In this document: positions 1-11,238 of the stretch, piece by piece
Layout: every line of letters starts with the position of its first letter
Position numbering within the stretch: position 1 is the first letter of the stretch
DNA from: Prasinococcaceae sp. CCMP 1430
Taxonomy: Eukaryota; Plantae; Prasinodermophyta
Assembly: GCA_013416795.1 (NCBI GenBank)
Contig: RQSC01000014.1
Span: 579,655 to 643,288, forward strand
DNA length: 63,634 bases
Direction: 5' to 3'
The notes under the pieces: model-generated
What the model was told of the DNA's origin: nothing
The model's database searches: none
The model's input: the letters and a program-made list of their open reading frames with translations, nothing else
Position numbers and translations under genes: made by a program

Positions 1-687
1 GCGCGCGCGCGCGCGCGCGCGCGCGCGCGGCCACGAGCGAGCTGGCGCGCGGACGCGCCGGATGCGCCCGTCGCATCCGGCACACCACCACACACGCGGC
101 GAGCAGCGAGAGAAAGACCCGCCCTCGGACGGACGGTGTCGGTCCGAGGCCTCCCACGCGATCGGGCGGGCGGGCGGGCGATCGACAGGCCCAGCCACGG
201 CCGGGGCGGAGCCAAACCCACCGACCGACCGACCGATAGCGACTTTCGGCACCATCCATCAGATCATGACTTCGATGCATGAGAGGCTCCCTCCAACCGA
301 CCAGCCAGCCAGAACCGAAACGCATCCGATGCCATCCAAATTGACCCAATCCAACCAATAATCGCTGAATGCCAATCCAATGAAAAGCGAATGATGCGAG
401 GGGGTCTTTCGGTCGGTCGGACTCTTTCTTTTTCCCCCATCCGCGGTCGCGTGCGCGTTTCCTAGCTAGCGAGTGATCATCCGGGCTCTTTCCCATCGAT
501 CGACCGATCGGCACGATAGAGAGTGTTGTTGTCGCCATCGGATCTCAGCCAGGAGGGTCGGGCGCAGAGAATTTCGAAGAAATGCCGGATTTGATCGGGT
601 GGGGCGCTGGTTGGCGTTGCTCGATCGATCGATCCATCGACGATCGATCGATGTTGCATTGCAGTGATGTACCATGACCATCATCGT

Positions 688-696
688 AAACCCTAA
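688..696 (+). promoter_or_regulatory. Telo-box-like AAACCCTAA
   Basis: Exact match to the plant telo-box in an intergenic region; partial matches at 23234-23241 and 50626-50633 on the minus strand. Function untested. Confidence 0.25.
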
Positions 697-1632
697 CCCC
701 GACCGAACCTCCCAACCAAGGGAACGCGGAAAGAAAGAGAGAAAGAGAGCGCGCGTTGCGCATGTTGGATTCGGTCGGACCAGCAGTCAGGTGGTTGGTT
801 GGTCGGTTCGGCGTTGTGGGGCGAAACGATCCGGGCGTGCGCGGGGAGCGCGCGCGCGCCCGCGCGCCCGCCTGCCATCCTGCCTGCCTGCTTGCCTGCC
901 GGCCAGAGACCGTCGCTCGCCAGCGGGGCGGTCCCGGCGGTCCCTTCCGCCGGCTCCTTTTGCGCTTTTGTTTTGCTGGCGCTGCTCTTTTGGCCTTTGG
1001 CCGCGCGCGTGGCGGGGGCCGCGCGCCGCGTTGCGGGAGCGGAACCCGATCCGCCGGCGCCGGGTCCGCGGGCGGTGGCGGACCCGCCCCGCAGACAGAC
1101 GGCGGAACCTGCGCCAACAGCCGCCCTGCCTGTGGCTGGCCGGCGGCCGCGGCGCCGGCCCGGGGGGCTTGATGAGTGAGGACGGCGAAGGCCCACCCGG
1201 CACGCGCGAGCCTGGCAGGACAGCACATGCGACAGCGCCCGTGCCGATGCCAGTGCCCATGGCTGACGCTCTCTCTATCGTCACATTCCTTAGCCGGGCT
1301 ACGTCCATCCCAGCTGCCTGACCCAGCGTCCCGTGCTGGCTTGCTGAGTCAGCCGTAAACCCTCCACGTGGCAAACCGAATGCCGCGCGGACGCCGCACC
1401 TTTTGATTGGGCGCTCGGTTTTCGACGAGCGCCGGCCCCTTTCGCTCGACCTCGGGCCGCCCCCCGTCGGGGTTCTGTTAGAACTCAACCAAGTTTGAAC
1501 AAACACACTGTGAGCCGATGCGCAGCAGGGCGGCGGCCCGAGGGTTCGGCGGCCCGCCGCCACTCGACGCGCGCGGCGAGTGCGCGCCCCGCCCCCGCCT
1601 GCCCCCCCGCGTCCCCCCGGATCGCCACCGCC

Positions 1633-3274
1633 ATGGCGGAGCTCATGGCGTTCCGCGAGATCAAGAAGGCGCAGGCTGCCGAGCCGGAGGCCTTCACGGT
1701 GCGTGCGCGCGCTGGCGGGCAGCGCGCGCGCGAGCACGCGCTCCCGCCGCAACTTTCGATCGAGGGCCGCGGGCGGGCCTGCGCGCAGCGTGCGCGCCAA
1801 GGATACGCGGGCCAGTCCGGCCCCGCTGGGAAGCGCCATGGCGCGCAAGGGCGCGGATCGCGCGGCAGTGGGTCTGAGGGCGGGCCTCGTCGCGCATCGC
1901 GGCCGCGCGGCGGTGGCGCGCGCGAGGTCCAGCGCCGGCGTGGCGCGCCGCGACCGCCGTGCTGACATCGTTGCCGTCCTGCCACCGGGCCGCGTGGGAT
2001 GGGCCCCTGCTGCTTGATCCCCCCCACCCACCCCACCCCACCCCACCCCTCGCGCGCTCGCCCCGTCTGTGCGTGCGATCGCCTCGATGGATCGCGATCC
2101 GCGCGTTTTCTTGCCTCCGCGCTTGGCAGATGCGCGGCCGCCGCGCACGCAGGTCCGCGTCGCACGGCAAGGTCGTCCTCGTGTCGACGGGCGCGTCGGC
2201 GATGGCGCCGGCGAACAAGGCCATCGACGAGATCGCGGCGAAGGAGAAGGAGGCCGGGAAGGGGTCTGCGGACGAGGACAAGGAGGTGGACTTTGGTGCC
2301 GTCATGCAGGCCGCCGCGCAGAAGGCCTTCCGCGGCGGCGTGGCGGGCTTCGCCGCCGGCGTGATCCAGGTGTTCACCTTCATGTGGCTGCGCACGACCA
2401 TGAACTACCAGTACATGAACGGGGGCAACATGACGTCGGCGCTCTCGGCATTGTACGCCGAGGGCGCGGCGGGTAAGTCGGGGGTGGCAGCGACGCTCGG
2501 CGGTATCGGCCGCTTCTACAAGGGCGTGCAGTTCGCCGTCGTGCAGAACCCGCTCTCGCGCTTCGGCGACACCGCGGCCAACCAGGGCATCCTTGCGATC
2601 GCCGACGCGTACTTCCCCGGCGCGGCGATCGGCGTCAAGACGGCGTTCGCATCGGTGGGCGGCGCCACCTGGCGCATCTTCATCATGCCCGTGGACACCT
2701 ACAAGACCACGATGCAGGTGCAGGGCGCGAAGGCGGTGAAGCTCCTGAACGAGAAGGTTGCCAAGGGCGGCGTCGGCGTTCTCTACAGCGGCGCTGCGGC
2801 GAGCTTCGCCGCCAACTGGGTGGGCAACTACCCCTGGTTTGCCACTGTACGTGCGCGCGCGCATGCGCGCACTCGTGCGAACGGAAACCCACTCGCGAAC
2901 TCCTCCTGACGCTCGTCGCGCGCGCGCCCGCCCCGCGCCTCCCCCACGCGCACACACAGTTCAACTACCTTCAGGAGGCGGTGCCCCAGGCCGAGGGCAA
3001 GATGAAGCTCGTGCGCAACGCCGGCATTGGCATCTGCGCCGCCGCTGTGTCGGACTGCGTGTCGAACTCGCTGCGCGTCATCAAGACCGTCAAGCAGACC
3101 TCGCCCGATGCCAGTCTCTCGTACATCGGCGCCGTCCAGCAGGTCGTCCAGAAGGACGGCGTCCTTGCGCTCTTCGGCCGCGGCCTGCAGACGCGCCTCC
3201 TCACGAACATCGCGCAGTCCATGGTGTTCTCGGTGGCATGGAAGGCGATCGAGGAGGAGCTCTCCAAGAAGTGA
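1633..3274 (+). CDS. Mitochondrial carrier family (SLC25-like) protein; probable exons 1633-1698, 2130-2846, 2960-3274
   Basis: Three carrier-type repeats (MWLRTTMNYQ, MPVDTYKTTMQ, NSLRVIKTVKQ) with Gly/Ala-rich TM helices and GRFYKG. Intron 2847-2959 (GT..CAG, CTGAC branch) joins ORF 1959-2909 to ORF 2981-3274 in frame. Exon 1 and intron 1699-2129 are less certain; an alternative start is ATG 2202. Confidence 0.8.
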
Positions 3275-4093
3275 GCCTAGGGGCGCGCATCTCTCGAATA
3301 ATTGCTCTGAGACTGCCAAGCACAGCAGAATCAATGACGGAGGCCATCGCGGTGTGTGGTGTGCGCGCCACCGCGGCGGCGGTGCGCCGGCGCGCTCGAG
3401 CGCCCACGCGCCGTCCGTGCCGTCGCCCTCGAACAGCCGCGCCAGCCATCGCCGCCCCGCTCGCCTCCTGCCGGCCCCGCCCGCCGGTCCCCCGCCGCCC
3501 CCATCGAAGCGCGCACGGATTTATTGTGTGCCCCGACACCCCGACATCGACCATGCGTGTCGTAGCTCGTGGACTTCGCCGAGCCTTTTTCGCGCGGGCC
3601 GTGCACCCACACAAACATCGATACAAAATTTCAATTCGAATTGCAATTGTGCGCGGGCCGGCCATCCACGCGGATGTTCCGGAGGGCATCCCAAAACCCC
3701 CAGCCAGCCATCGGAAAGGAAACCACGCACTTTTCCGATTCTTCAAAATACGTACATGATTATGAATTGAGTGGGTTCCTGCGGGATTCATTTTGACCTC
3801 TGGCTCGCGAGTGGCTCCTTTCTCCTCGCAGAAACGCAAAGGCGCACACATGGATCCAACCAGCCTCTTTTTGAAAACCCCAAAACGGATTCGAATTCGG
3901 ACGAGCAGCATCGAGCGATCGAAACTCCCCCAACCAAGTCTTCCCCACACGGCTGCCTACGTAAATCTAAATCTAAATCCATGTGCGTATTGATTGATGG
4001 GCCGATCCACACGCGGCGCGCCCGGCGCTGCCGCGCCCGCGAACGGGTGGCCCACGTCGCGCCGCCGGCGGCTAGCGGACTAAACCCGGACGG

Positions 4094-5191
4094 ATGGCCC
4101 CCGCGCNNNNNNNNNNNNNNNNNNNNNNNNNNNNNNNNNNNNNNNNNNNNNNNNNNNNNNNNNNNNNNNNNNNNNNNNNNNNNNNNNNNNNNNNNNNNNN
4201 NNNNNNNNNNNNNNNNNNNNNNNNNNNNNNNNNNNNNNNNNNNNNNNNNNNNNNNNNNNNNNNNNNNNNNNNNNGCGGCCGGGTGGTGTGCAGCGCGCCG
4301 CGCCGCGCTGCGGCCCCGTCTGCGGGCGCGCGGCGGGTGGCCATGCGCGCGGAGACGGAAGACAGGCGCGGCGGCGTGCAGCTGAGCCCGAGCTGCAGCA
4401 TCGACGACATGGAGGGCTGCTCGCTCGCAGACCTGGAGATGATGTACATCGACGCGCTGTGGACCTACTACACGAGCAACAAGTTCATGATTCAGAACGA
4501 CGTCTACGACAAGCTCAAGCAGGAGCTCGCGTGGCAGGGCTCCGAGTTCCCCACGCTGAAGCGCTACGAGGTGGAGTTTGTCAAGGCGGTTATCGAGAAC
4601 GCGCGCGGCACGCCCATCATGTCCAACAACGAGTACGAGCGCCTCAAGGCCAAGGTGAAGAAGAACGGCAAGCGCAAGGACGTGACCGCGCTGCTGCTCT
4701 ACGCCAAGGGCCAGCAGACCCTCTCGCCCGAGCAGTTCGACGAGCTGAGCGAGAGCATGAAGGCGCTGGGCATCGACGTCGCGCTCAAGGGTGCGGCGTG
4801 CACGCTCAACAACGACCCCTCGATACTCACCAAGGATGCGGCCCTCTCCTCCACGGTGCTGCTCGCCGTGTCGGCGATCCCCGCGGTGCTTGCCGCTGTG
4901 CCCTACGCCGGCGTGAGCTACTTCTACCAGCCGCTGCCCCTGGTCGGCGGCGTGGCGTTCTCGCTGGCCACGGGTCTGCTGCTCGGCCAGGCGCTTCTCA
5001 ACCGCATGCAGCTCAACGACGCCGAGGTCCTCGTCGGCGCCTGCACGTGCTGCGAGACGCCCGTCAAGCAGCTCTTCGCCGGCAACGACAAGTTGCCCGT
5101 CGTCACCAAGAAGTGCGACAACTGCGGCACGCTGCTCGACATTAGCCGCGAGAAAATGGAGATCCTTCAGGGCACGCCCCAGGCCAGATAG
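4094..5191 (+). CDS. PGR5-like 1 (PGRL1) family thylakoid protein, divergent; 5' part interrupted by N-gap 4107-4274
   Basis: PSCSI, ALWTYY..NDVYDKLKQELAWQGS, PIMSNNEYERLK, GAACTL, two TM helices and C-terminal CTCC...CDNC parallel the PGRL1 layout (PYCSI; MSNEEFDNLKEELMWEGS; GPRCSL; CPNC...CxxC). Confidence 0.75.
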   Translation: MAPAXXXXXXXXXXXXXXXXXXXXXXXXXXXXXXXXXXXXXXXXXXXXXXXXXXXXXXXXXGRVVCSAPRRAAAPSAGARRVAMRAETEDRRGGVQLSPSCSIDDMEGCSLADLEMMYIDALWTYYTSNKFMIQNDVYDKLKQELAWQGSEFPTLKRYEVEFVKAVIENARGTPIMSNNEYERLKAKVKKNGKRKDVTALLLYAKGQQTLSPEQFDELSESMKALGIDVALKGAACTLNNDPSILTKDAALSSTVLLAVSAIPAVLAAVPYAGVSYFYQPLPLVGGVAFSLATGLLLGQALLNRMQLNDAEVLVGACTCCETPVKQLFAGNDKLPVVTKKCDNCGTLLDISREKMEILQGTPQAR

Positions 5192-7087
5192 GCCCGAGGG
5201 CGTCCTGAGTGCGGAGGCCGCGCCGGCCCCAGCTCATGGCCAATCGGCGCATGTGCGCTGGCGCGTGCGCTGCGTGCCTTGGACGTACCGTAAGGGCCGG
5301 GGATTCCCTGCTGCACCCCCGCGCAGCGCGCACGCGCATCCATACACTGGAGCTCCCCTCGCGCGGGCGGTGGGGAGCGACGCGGCGCGAGCGCCCGTGC
5401 GGTGGGGAAGGCCGCGACACGCTGCGATGCGTCCCGTCGCGCCGTCGCGCCGCCGCCCTTCCTTCCCCGAGCTGGGAGGCGACCGGGACTCTTGCTCGGT
5501 CGGAGCCCGCACAGCTCCGTCCCGCGAAATCCCCACCCCCATGTGCGCTCAGCTCCCGCCGCCCGCCGGGAACCCCGGAAAGTCCGCGCTTGCCCACCTG
5601 CCCGCCTTCCGGCGACCCTGCGAGCGCGCGCGATTTCGCGTCCCCGGGCGCGCTTCGGCGCTCTCTCCCGCGAAACGCGCGGCGTTTTTTCGCGCCCCTC
5701 GCCAGAGCGCTGCGCAGCGCGGCTGGGCCACACAATCTCCGTCGAGTCGGCCGTGGCCCCGCCCCCTCGGCGCCCCACGTCACCCACCTTCGCCAACCCA
5801 CGACAACGGCGTCGCGTGATGCACGACCACCGATGTTCGCGCCGCGTCCGGAACGCTGGCACGAGAAGGATGTCCGCGCGAAATCCCTATGATTTCGTCA
5901 GTGCGGTCGCGTCGGGCCGACGCGCGGCGCTGGCTGATCGCGCACACCTCCACCCACCATCGTCATCATCAGAGCAACCAGCCAGCCAACCAGCCAGGCA
6001 CCGTGCGAATGCGACCACGTCTTTATCCGTTGTTGTTGGTGCTCATTTGAGTGCGTTTCTGTACCGTACCGGCATGTTGATCCGGTCTGCTCCGCGCAAA
6101 CCGGGCGCGTTTTTTCGATCGACACCTCGCTCGTTCGTTCTCCCCCGTCTCTTTCTGTCTGGGTTCCGACCGACTGGTCGGTTGATTGATTGGTTGGTGC
6201 AGCTGCCAACGCGCTGCTGGCTGGGTGCGGGAGACGGAATGGGAAGAAGGAGGGGGCACGACGAACGAGCAGAGACCTCGCTGGCGCGCCGTTTCGCGTT
6301 TCCCGCCCTTTTCTCGCGCGCGCGCTCCTCCGGCCGGTGCTTCTCCTTCTTGCTCGTCGGCGATCCGTCCGCGCCCTACCCCCTCGATCGATCCATCCAT
6401 CGATCGAACCCCGCCGCCGACGGCGCTGCTGCTGGCTGGCGCGCGCCGGCGCGGGCCCGAACCGACCCACCAACCACATCCGCGGCCGGGGCGCGAACGA
6501 AATTCGGCGCGCCGGCCCGCGTGAAAAAAAAAAAAAAAACGCGTGTCTGGCTGGTTGGATGAGCCCCCCTTTCATCCATCCATCCTCCAATCCATAGCCA
6601 GAGCCAGCCAGGAAACGTACCGACCGACAGACCGACCGACAGTTCGACCGACCGACCGACCGACCGACAGGCCGAACTCGCGATCCGGCACGGCGAGCGA
6701 GCCCCTCCCGACGGATCCGTTCGCGGCGGGCGGGCCCATCCAGGATCCGATGGGGCGCGGCCGCCGCGCGGGGCAGCGGCGCACCGCGCGCGCGCGGCGC
6801 GTTCGGGTCTGATCCTGGGGTGGGCGTCCGGCGCGCGAGGGCCGCACGACGCTGCTTCGCCCGCGGCGCAGCGGGGGCGCTCGCCGCCGACGCCCACACG
6901 CCTGCGATTCGGGCAGGGGCGGCACGGGGGGCAGCAGCTCGGGCAGTGGGGGCAGCAGCAGCAGCGGCAGCACGGGAGGAGACAGAGGCCCCTCGCGGCC
7001 GCCGCGGCCGGCGCGGCGGGGGGCAGCGACGCGCGTCAGCACGAGGCGGAGCAACAGACGGAGCAGACGCGCGACCACGCCAACGAC

Positions 7088-8332
7088 GTGGCGCTCGCGC
7101 ACCTGAAGGAGTCCGGCGAGAGCGTGGGGCGCACGTGGATGGCGCTGCAGCGCTGGGAGGCGCGTCGCGCGCGCCGCGCCGAGCAGACCGCCGCCGACCA
7201 CGCGCTTAGCAAAACAGCCAAGGTTGTCGTGTTCGGCGGCGGCTCGTTCGGCACGGCCATCGCGTCGCACCTCGCCTGGAACAAGCCCGGCATGGAGGTG
7301 ACCATGCTCGTGCGCGACCCTGCCGTCGTGGAGGGTGTCAACGAGAGCCACCGCAACCCGCGATACCTCAGCCACCACGAGCTTCCTGAGGCAGTCAATG
7401 CGACAACCTGTGCGGCCGACGCGCTCGCCGGCGCCGAGGTCGCCTTCTTGGTCGTTCCCGTTCAGCGCACGAGGCAGTTCCTCGATGGGCTCAAGGTGCG
7501 TTGTTGGCGGCGAGTGGCGCGCGGCCGCGCGCGGCCGCAACGCGTGCGCTCGCGAGAGCGCGTGCCACCAGCGCTGACAGCCAGCCTGCGGCGCGCGTCC
7601 GCCACGCCACAGGACATTCTCCCCCCTGACCTGCCCATAGTGGCGCTGTCGAAGGGCCTTGAGCTGGGGACCAACCTTGTGCTCGCCGACGTGATAAAGG
7701 AAACCCTTGGCAAGCGCCAGCCGCTGGCCGTGCTGAGCGGCCCGACCTTCGCAAGCGAGATGATTGACCAGCGCCCGACGGCGATGGTTTGCGCCTCGCG
7801 CGACCGCAAGGTGTCGCTGCGCGTGCAGCAGCTGCTCGCGAGTGACTACCTTCGCGTGAACACGTCCGACGACGTCGTTGGCGCCGAGCTCTGCGGCGCC
7901 CTGAAGAACGTGCTCGCCATCGCCGCGGGCATTGTGGAGGGCCTGGAGCTGGGCAACAACTCGATGGCCGCGCTCGTGGCGCAGGGCATGAGCGAGATCC
8001 GCTGGCTCGCCGAGCGCATGGGCGCGCGACCGGCGACGCTCGCAGGACCCGCGGGCGTGGGTGACGTCATGCTCACGTGTTTCGTGCCCCTGTCGCGCAA
8101 TCGCACGGTGGGCGTGCGCCTGGGCTCTGGCGAGAGCGTGGAGGACATTTTGGGCTCGATGAAGGAGGTCGCGGAGGGCGTGCCCACGGCGGCCGCTGTG
8201 GTCGAGCTGGCGAGGAAGCACAACGTGCAGCTGCCAGTGCTTACGGCAGTGGCCTACATACTCGCGGGGAAGATCACGCCGCGGAAGGCTGTGCTCGAAC
8301 TCATGAAGCTGCCACAGATCGAGGAGCGGTGA
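7088..8332 (+). CDS. NAD(P)H-dependent glycerol-3-phosphate dehydrogenase, plastid GLY1/SFD1 type; intron 7496-7612; true 5' end unresolved (candidate ATG 6750)
   Basis: VVVFGGGSFGTA Rossmann motif, LSKGLE, LSGPTFA, GALKNVLAIAAG, GDVMLTCF..LSRNRTVG, VAEGVPT and C-terminal LMKLPQIEE as in plant GLY1. The 117-nt GT..CAG segment with CTGAC branch is an in-frame intron. Confidence 0.92.
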   Translation: MALAHLKESGESVGRTWMALQRWEARRARRAEQTAADHALSKTAKVVVFGGGSFGTAIASHLAWNKPGMEVTMLVRDPAVVEGVNESHRNPRYLSHHELPEAVNATTCAADALAGAEVAFLVVPVQRTRQFLDGLKVRCWRRVARGRARPQRVRSRERVPPALTASLRRASATPQDILPPDLPIVALSKGLELGTNLVLADVIKETLGKRQPLAVLSGPTFASEMIDQRPTAMVCASRDRKVSLRVQQLLASDYLRVNTSDDVVGAELCGALKNVLAIAAGIVEGLELGNNSMAALVAQGMSEIRWLAERMGARPATLAGPAGVGDVMLTCFVPLSRNRTVGVRLGSGESVEDILGSMKEVAEGVPTAAAVVELARKHNVQLPVLTAVAYILAGKITPRKAVLELMKLPQIEER

Positions 8333-8574
8333 GCGTCGCCCCTGTGCTGTCGACGCACTCCGGTGCGCAGCACGAGCGAGCCGGTGGCGACGCTGGCCAT
8401 GGCGCGCGCGTGCGCATGCGCGAGTGTAGTTGTGTTCGCTGCGCGAGGCGTGCTGCTCGGGTCAATAATGCACCGTCGTGGTATTAGAATCAACTAGCTA
8501 GGGACGAGCGCGGCCGCGCCGGCGCATTGGGTGCGCGCGCGCGCGGCCGAGGGAAAGGAGGGATGCTGATTCCG

Positions 8575-11238
8575 TCATGCGCGCCTCGACGACAGGCCGC
8601 TGCGCGCGCTTTGTGGCCGCCCCGGCCCTGCGCGCGAGGCGACGCCAGGGCCGGGGCCACGCGCCCCCCGCGACGGCTTGAGTGCGCGCGTGGATGCTGA
8701 CGCGGAGCGCGCGCTCGTCGGCCTGCCTCCTGCCGCGTGCTCACCCGCCGTGCCGCGAGAACCGTGCGTGCTGCGCGCGCCCGTGGCACTTCTCGCGCCA
8801 GCGCCGGCACCCCACACAGCCCTCGGCTTGGAAGGATTCGCTGAGGCGGGGCGCGTGCCGCTGCCATTGCGTCCACGCGTGGCTGCGCTCGCGGCGTGCA
8901 CGTACTCCGGCGGCGGCGTGGATGCTGCGTCGCGCTGGCTCATGAGGCGTTCAACCAGTGCGTCCATCGCATCCATGTCGTGCATGCGAAGGTGCGCACG
9001 ACGGTGGCTGCGGGACATCCCCGTCGAATGCGATGCGGCTGTTCCCGAGCCGAAGATCTCCGCCATCGATCGCAGCATGCCGTATCCCGAGGAGTTTGGC
9101 GCGGAGGGCCCTGACACCGTCGCGCGCGCCTTCCCACGCGTCGAAGGTGCATCCTTGCCTGAGCGCGGCCGCGCCGCCGCCTTGCCGGGGGGCGATCTCC
9201 GTTTGACATTGCGAGCGACTCGCGACTGAGCGCGCGGCGCCGACGTCATTTGCTGTGCGTGCCTGGGGCCCCCCTCCCCCCAACCGTTGGCCTCTGACGC
9301 GGCCACGGCACGTGCCGCACTGCGCTGTGGTAAGCCTGCAGCAAGAGCGCTTGTGCCGGCGTTCATAGCCACGTCAGAGCCCGCCTCGGCCCCTGCCATC
9401 ACACCGTCGGTCAGCTCAACGTCCGTGTCATCCTCGTCGCTTCCCACCTCTGCGACGACAGTGGGGCCGGCGCTCTCCCCGACGCCATCGCTGAGTGTAC
9501 CCCATAGCACCCTGGGGATCGCCTTGCCTCTCGAGGACTTCCAGCTGCTCGCATCCTCGCCGCCGCTGCTGCTGCCACCGTTGCTGGTGTGCGCACTGAC
9601 GGGCATCGGGACATGGACCGGTGCTTGGGCGTCCGAGTTCACTCCAATTGATGAATTCGTGGTCGCTTTGGGGTGTGCTCGCCCTCCCGCAGCGCCGCCG
9701 GCCCCGCTCTCACTCGGCACTACCACCGCAGAGTAGTGTCGCTCCAAAACGTCGAGCGTTTCAAGTGCGCTCTCCGCATCGCAAAGCTCGCGGCGCGCAC
9801 GATCGCGCTCACCAACTGCCAGTGCAAGGGCCCTCGCTGCACTGCCGCACGCCGCACCATGGCCAATGTGCACGCCGGCACATACCTTGGCTTGATGCTG
9901 CTGACGCTCCGAGAGCGGATGGGCCTCGCCCTGCTGCCGCACTCTTGCATGGTGCTCAGCGGTGGCGGACAACGGGATGTTCCGCAAGCGTTCCTCGATC
10001 GCGTGCGTTTCGGCTTCGTCGAGCGCCGTCCTTGCGCTCGCAAGCTGTCGCTCGAGTGCTGCCCTGTCGACGCGGTGCTCCCTCAGACAGCAGCCTCGCT
10101 CAGCGCCACTGCCGCGCATAGGACCCGCGCTGTCGAAGCGAAGCGCAGGAGCGCCGCAGCACGCATGCACTCCAGTGTTTGAGGCGCCAACGAAGCTCGC
10201 GGGCAGCGGATGGTACGCACAGCGCGACATGTGCGCCACGGCAAATGCCTGGCCACACACCCTGCAGTCAAGCACGCGGCTGAGCCCCCAGGCGTGCCAG
10301 TACAGGTCGCGCCAGGTGCAGCCGCGTTGCGCACGCAGCGACTTTATGTAACGATGCGCGGTCCATCCGCGCGCTGGGGTGTGTGTCGCGACCACGTTGC
10401 AGTGGAAGTCCACACACAGCGCAGAGCGGGCGCACACCAAACGCGAAGACGCGGCGGTCGCGAATACCTCCCCGCAGCGTGAGCAACACGACAGGAGCGA
10501 GCGCCCGCCACCCGTCCGCGGTGGAGCCGCTTGAAGCTCATCGACGCGATCAGGGCCCTCCGTCTCACTCTCCGCATCGTCGTGCCGCGCGTGCGTCGTG
10601 AGCATGTCCTCCAGCTTGAAGCGATACAGCTTGCTCACCAGCGCGTGCGCGTGTCTGGACAACGCCGGCTTCGCAGCGCTGTCGCTGCCTTTCGCAGCCA
10701 CGGGGCCGTCGGACTTTGCGTTCCCGGTAGCGGCGGCGCGTACCTCCTCAATCGCGTCGACGTGCGCCCCGCGCGCAATGGCGCGGAGCACTGCCTCGGA
10801 GAGAGCGCACAGATCGACAGGGAGCTCGGCCACCTCGCGCAGATTCTGGGCGATGAATGCAACGCAGTCGGCGACAAGTGCGCGCATCTGCAGGAACTCA
10901 GAGGAGATGAGCACAGGTATGACGTTGGACAGCGCGGGGCGGCTGCGTGGCTGCGAACGCGAGGGTGCAAGCGCCCAGTCGAGCAACCAGCTGAACACCT
11001 CGAGGTCGCAGTGCACGGAGATCTCGACCTTGGCGGACGCGGCACCTGAGCCCGCCACCTCGGCCGCAGCGGCGCTCGCGCCCGCGTCCGCGCCGAGGTG
11101 CACGGCAAAGTAGGCCATCTCATTGAGCAGCGTGTCGAGCGCGCACTCGAAGTCGCGCTGCGCGCTCCTGCCCTCGTCGAACACGTGGATGATGACCTCC
11201 TTCGCAACTGCCGGCGGCCCCGCCGCCTCCGACGCCAT
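8575..11238 (-). CDS. SANBR/KIAA1841-like protein (BTB-like DUF3342 domain, Cys/His motifs, long low-complexity tail)
   Basis: IIHVFDE....RDFEC....LLNEMAYF, EISVHCDLEVFSWLL, VIPVLISSEFLQM, followed by CSRC, CRVC, CAYHP and CCG. ATG 11238 is the plausible start within ORF 8575-11700. Confidence 0.75.
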   Translation of the reverse strand: MASEAAGPPAVAKEVIIHVFDEGRSAQRDFECALDTLLNEMAYFAVHLGADAGASAAAAEVAGSGAASAKVEISVHCDLEVFSWLLDWALAPSRSQPRSRPALSNVIPVLISSEFLQMRALVADCVAFIAQNLREVAELPVDLCALSEAVLRAIARGAHVDAIEEVRAAATGNAKSDGPVAAKGSDSAAKPALSRHAHALVSKLYRFKLEDMLTTHARHDDAESETEGPDRVDELQAAPPRTGGGRSLLSCCSRCGEVFATAASSRLVCARSALCVDFHCNVVATHTPARGWTAHRYIKSLRAQRGCTWRDLYWHAWGLSRVLDCRVCGQAFAVAHMSRCAYHPLPASFVGASNTGVHACCGAPALRFDSAGPMRGSGAERGCCLREHRVDRAALERQLASARTALDEAETHAIEERLRNIPLSATAEHHARVRQQGEAHPLSERQQHQAKVCAGVHIGHGAACGSAARALALAVGERDRARRELCDAESALETLDVLERHYSAVVVPSESGAGGAAGGRAHPKATTNSSIGVNSDAQAPVHVPMPVSAHTSNGGSSSGGEDASSWKSSRGKAIPRVLWGTLSDGVGESAGPTVVAEVGSDEDDTDVELTDGVMAGAEAGSDVAMNAGTSALAAGLPQRSAARAVAASEANGWGEGGPRHAQQMTSAPRAQSRVARNVKRRSPPGKAAARPRSGKDAPSTRGKARATVSGPSAPNSSGYGMLRSMAEIFGSGTAASHSTGMSRSHRRAHLRMHDMDAMDALVERLMSQRDAASTPPPEYVHAASAATRGRNGSGTRPASANPSKPRAVWGAGAGARSATGARSTHGSRGTAGEHAAGGRPTSARSASASTRALKPSRGARGPGPGVASRAGPGRPQSARSGLSSRRA

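Noticed and set aside
545-2957. Long minus-strand ORFs (545-1228, 787-2148, 1485-2957) and similar ORFs such as 6572-8221, 13893-15674, 24734-26194, 46499-48064 and 62209-63489
   Set aside because: They are Arg/Ala/Gly/Pro-rich shadow frames antisense to real genes or in GC-rich spacers, where stop codons are rare. No motifs.
3690-3990. Possible structured ncRNA (hairpin ATCGGAAAG..TTTTCCGAT near 3709-3739)
   Set aside because: No convincing C/D or H/ACA boxes or snRNA similarity; it may simply be promoter DNA.
5520-6310. E2F-like TTT(C/G)(C/G)CGC sites in spacers
   Set aside because: CGCG-rich background makes chance matches likely; this cannot be supported without enrichment statistics.
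9816-9885. Candidate intron (AAG|GTATGT) in the SANBR-like gene
   Set aside because: No nearby acceptor preserves the frame, and the ORF is already open through this region.
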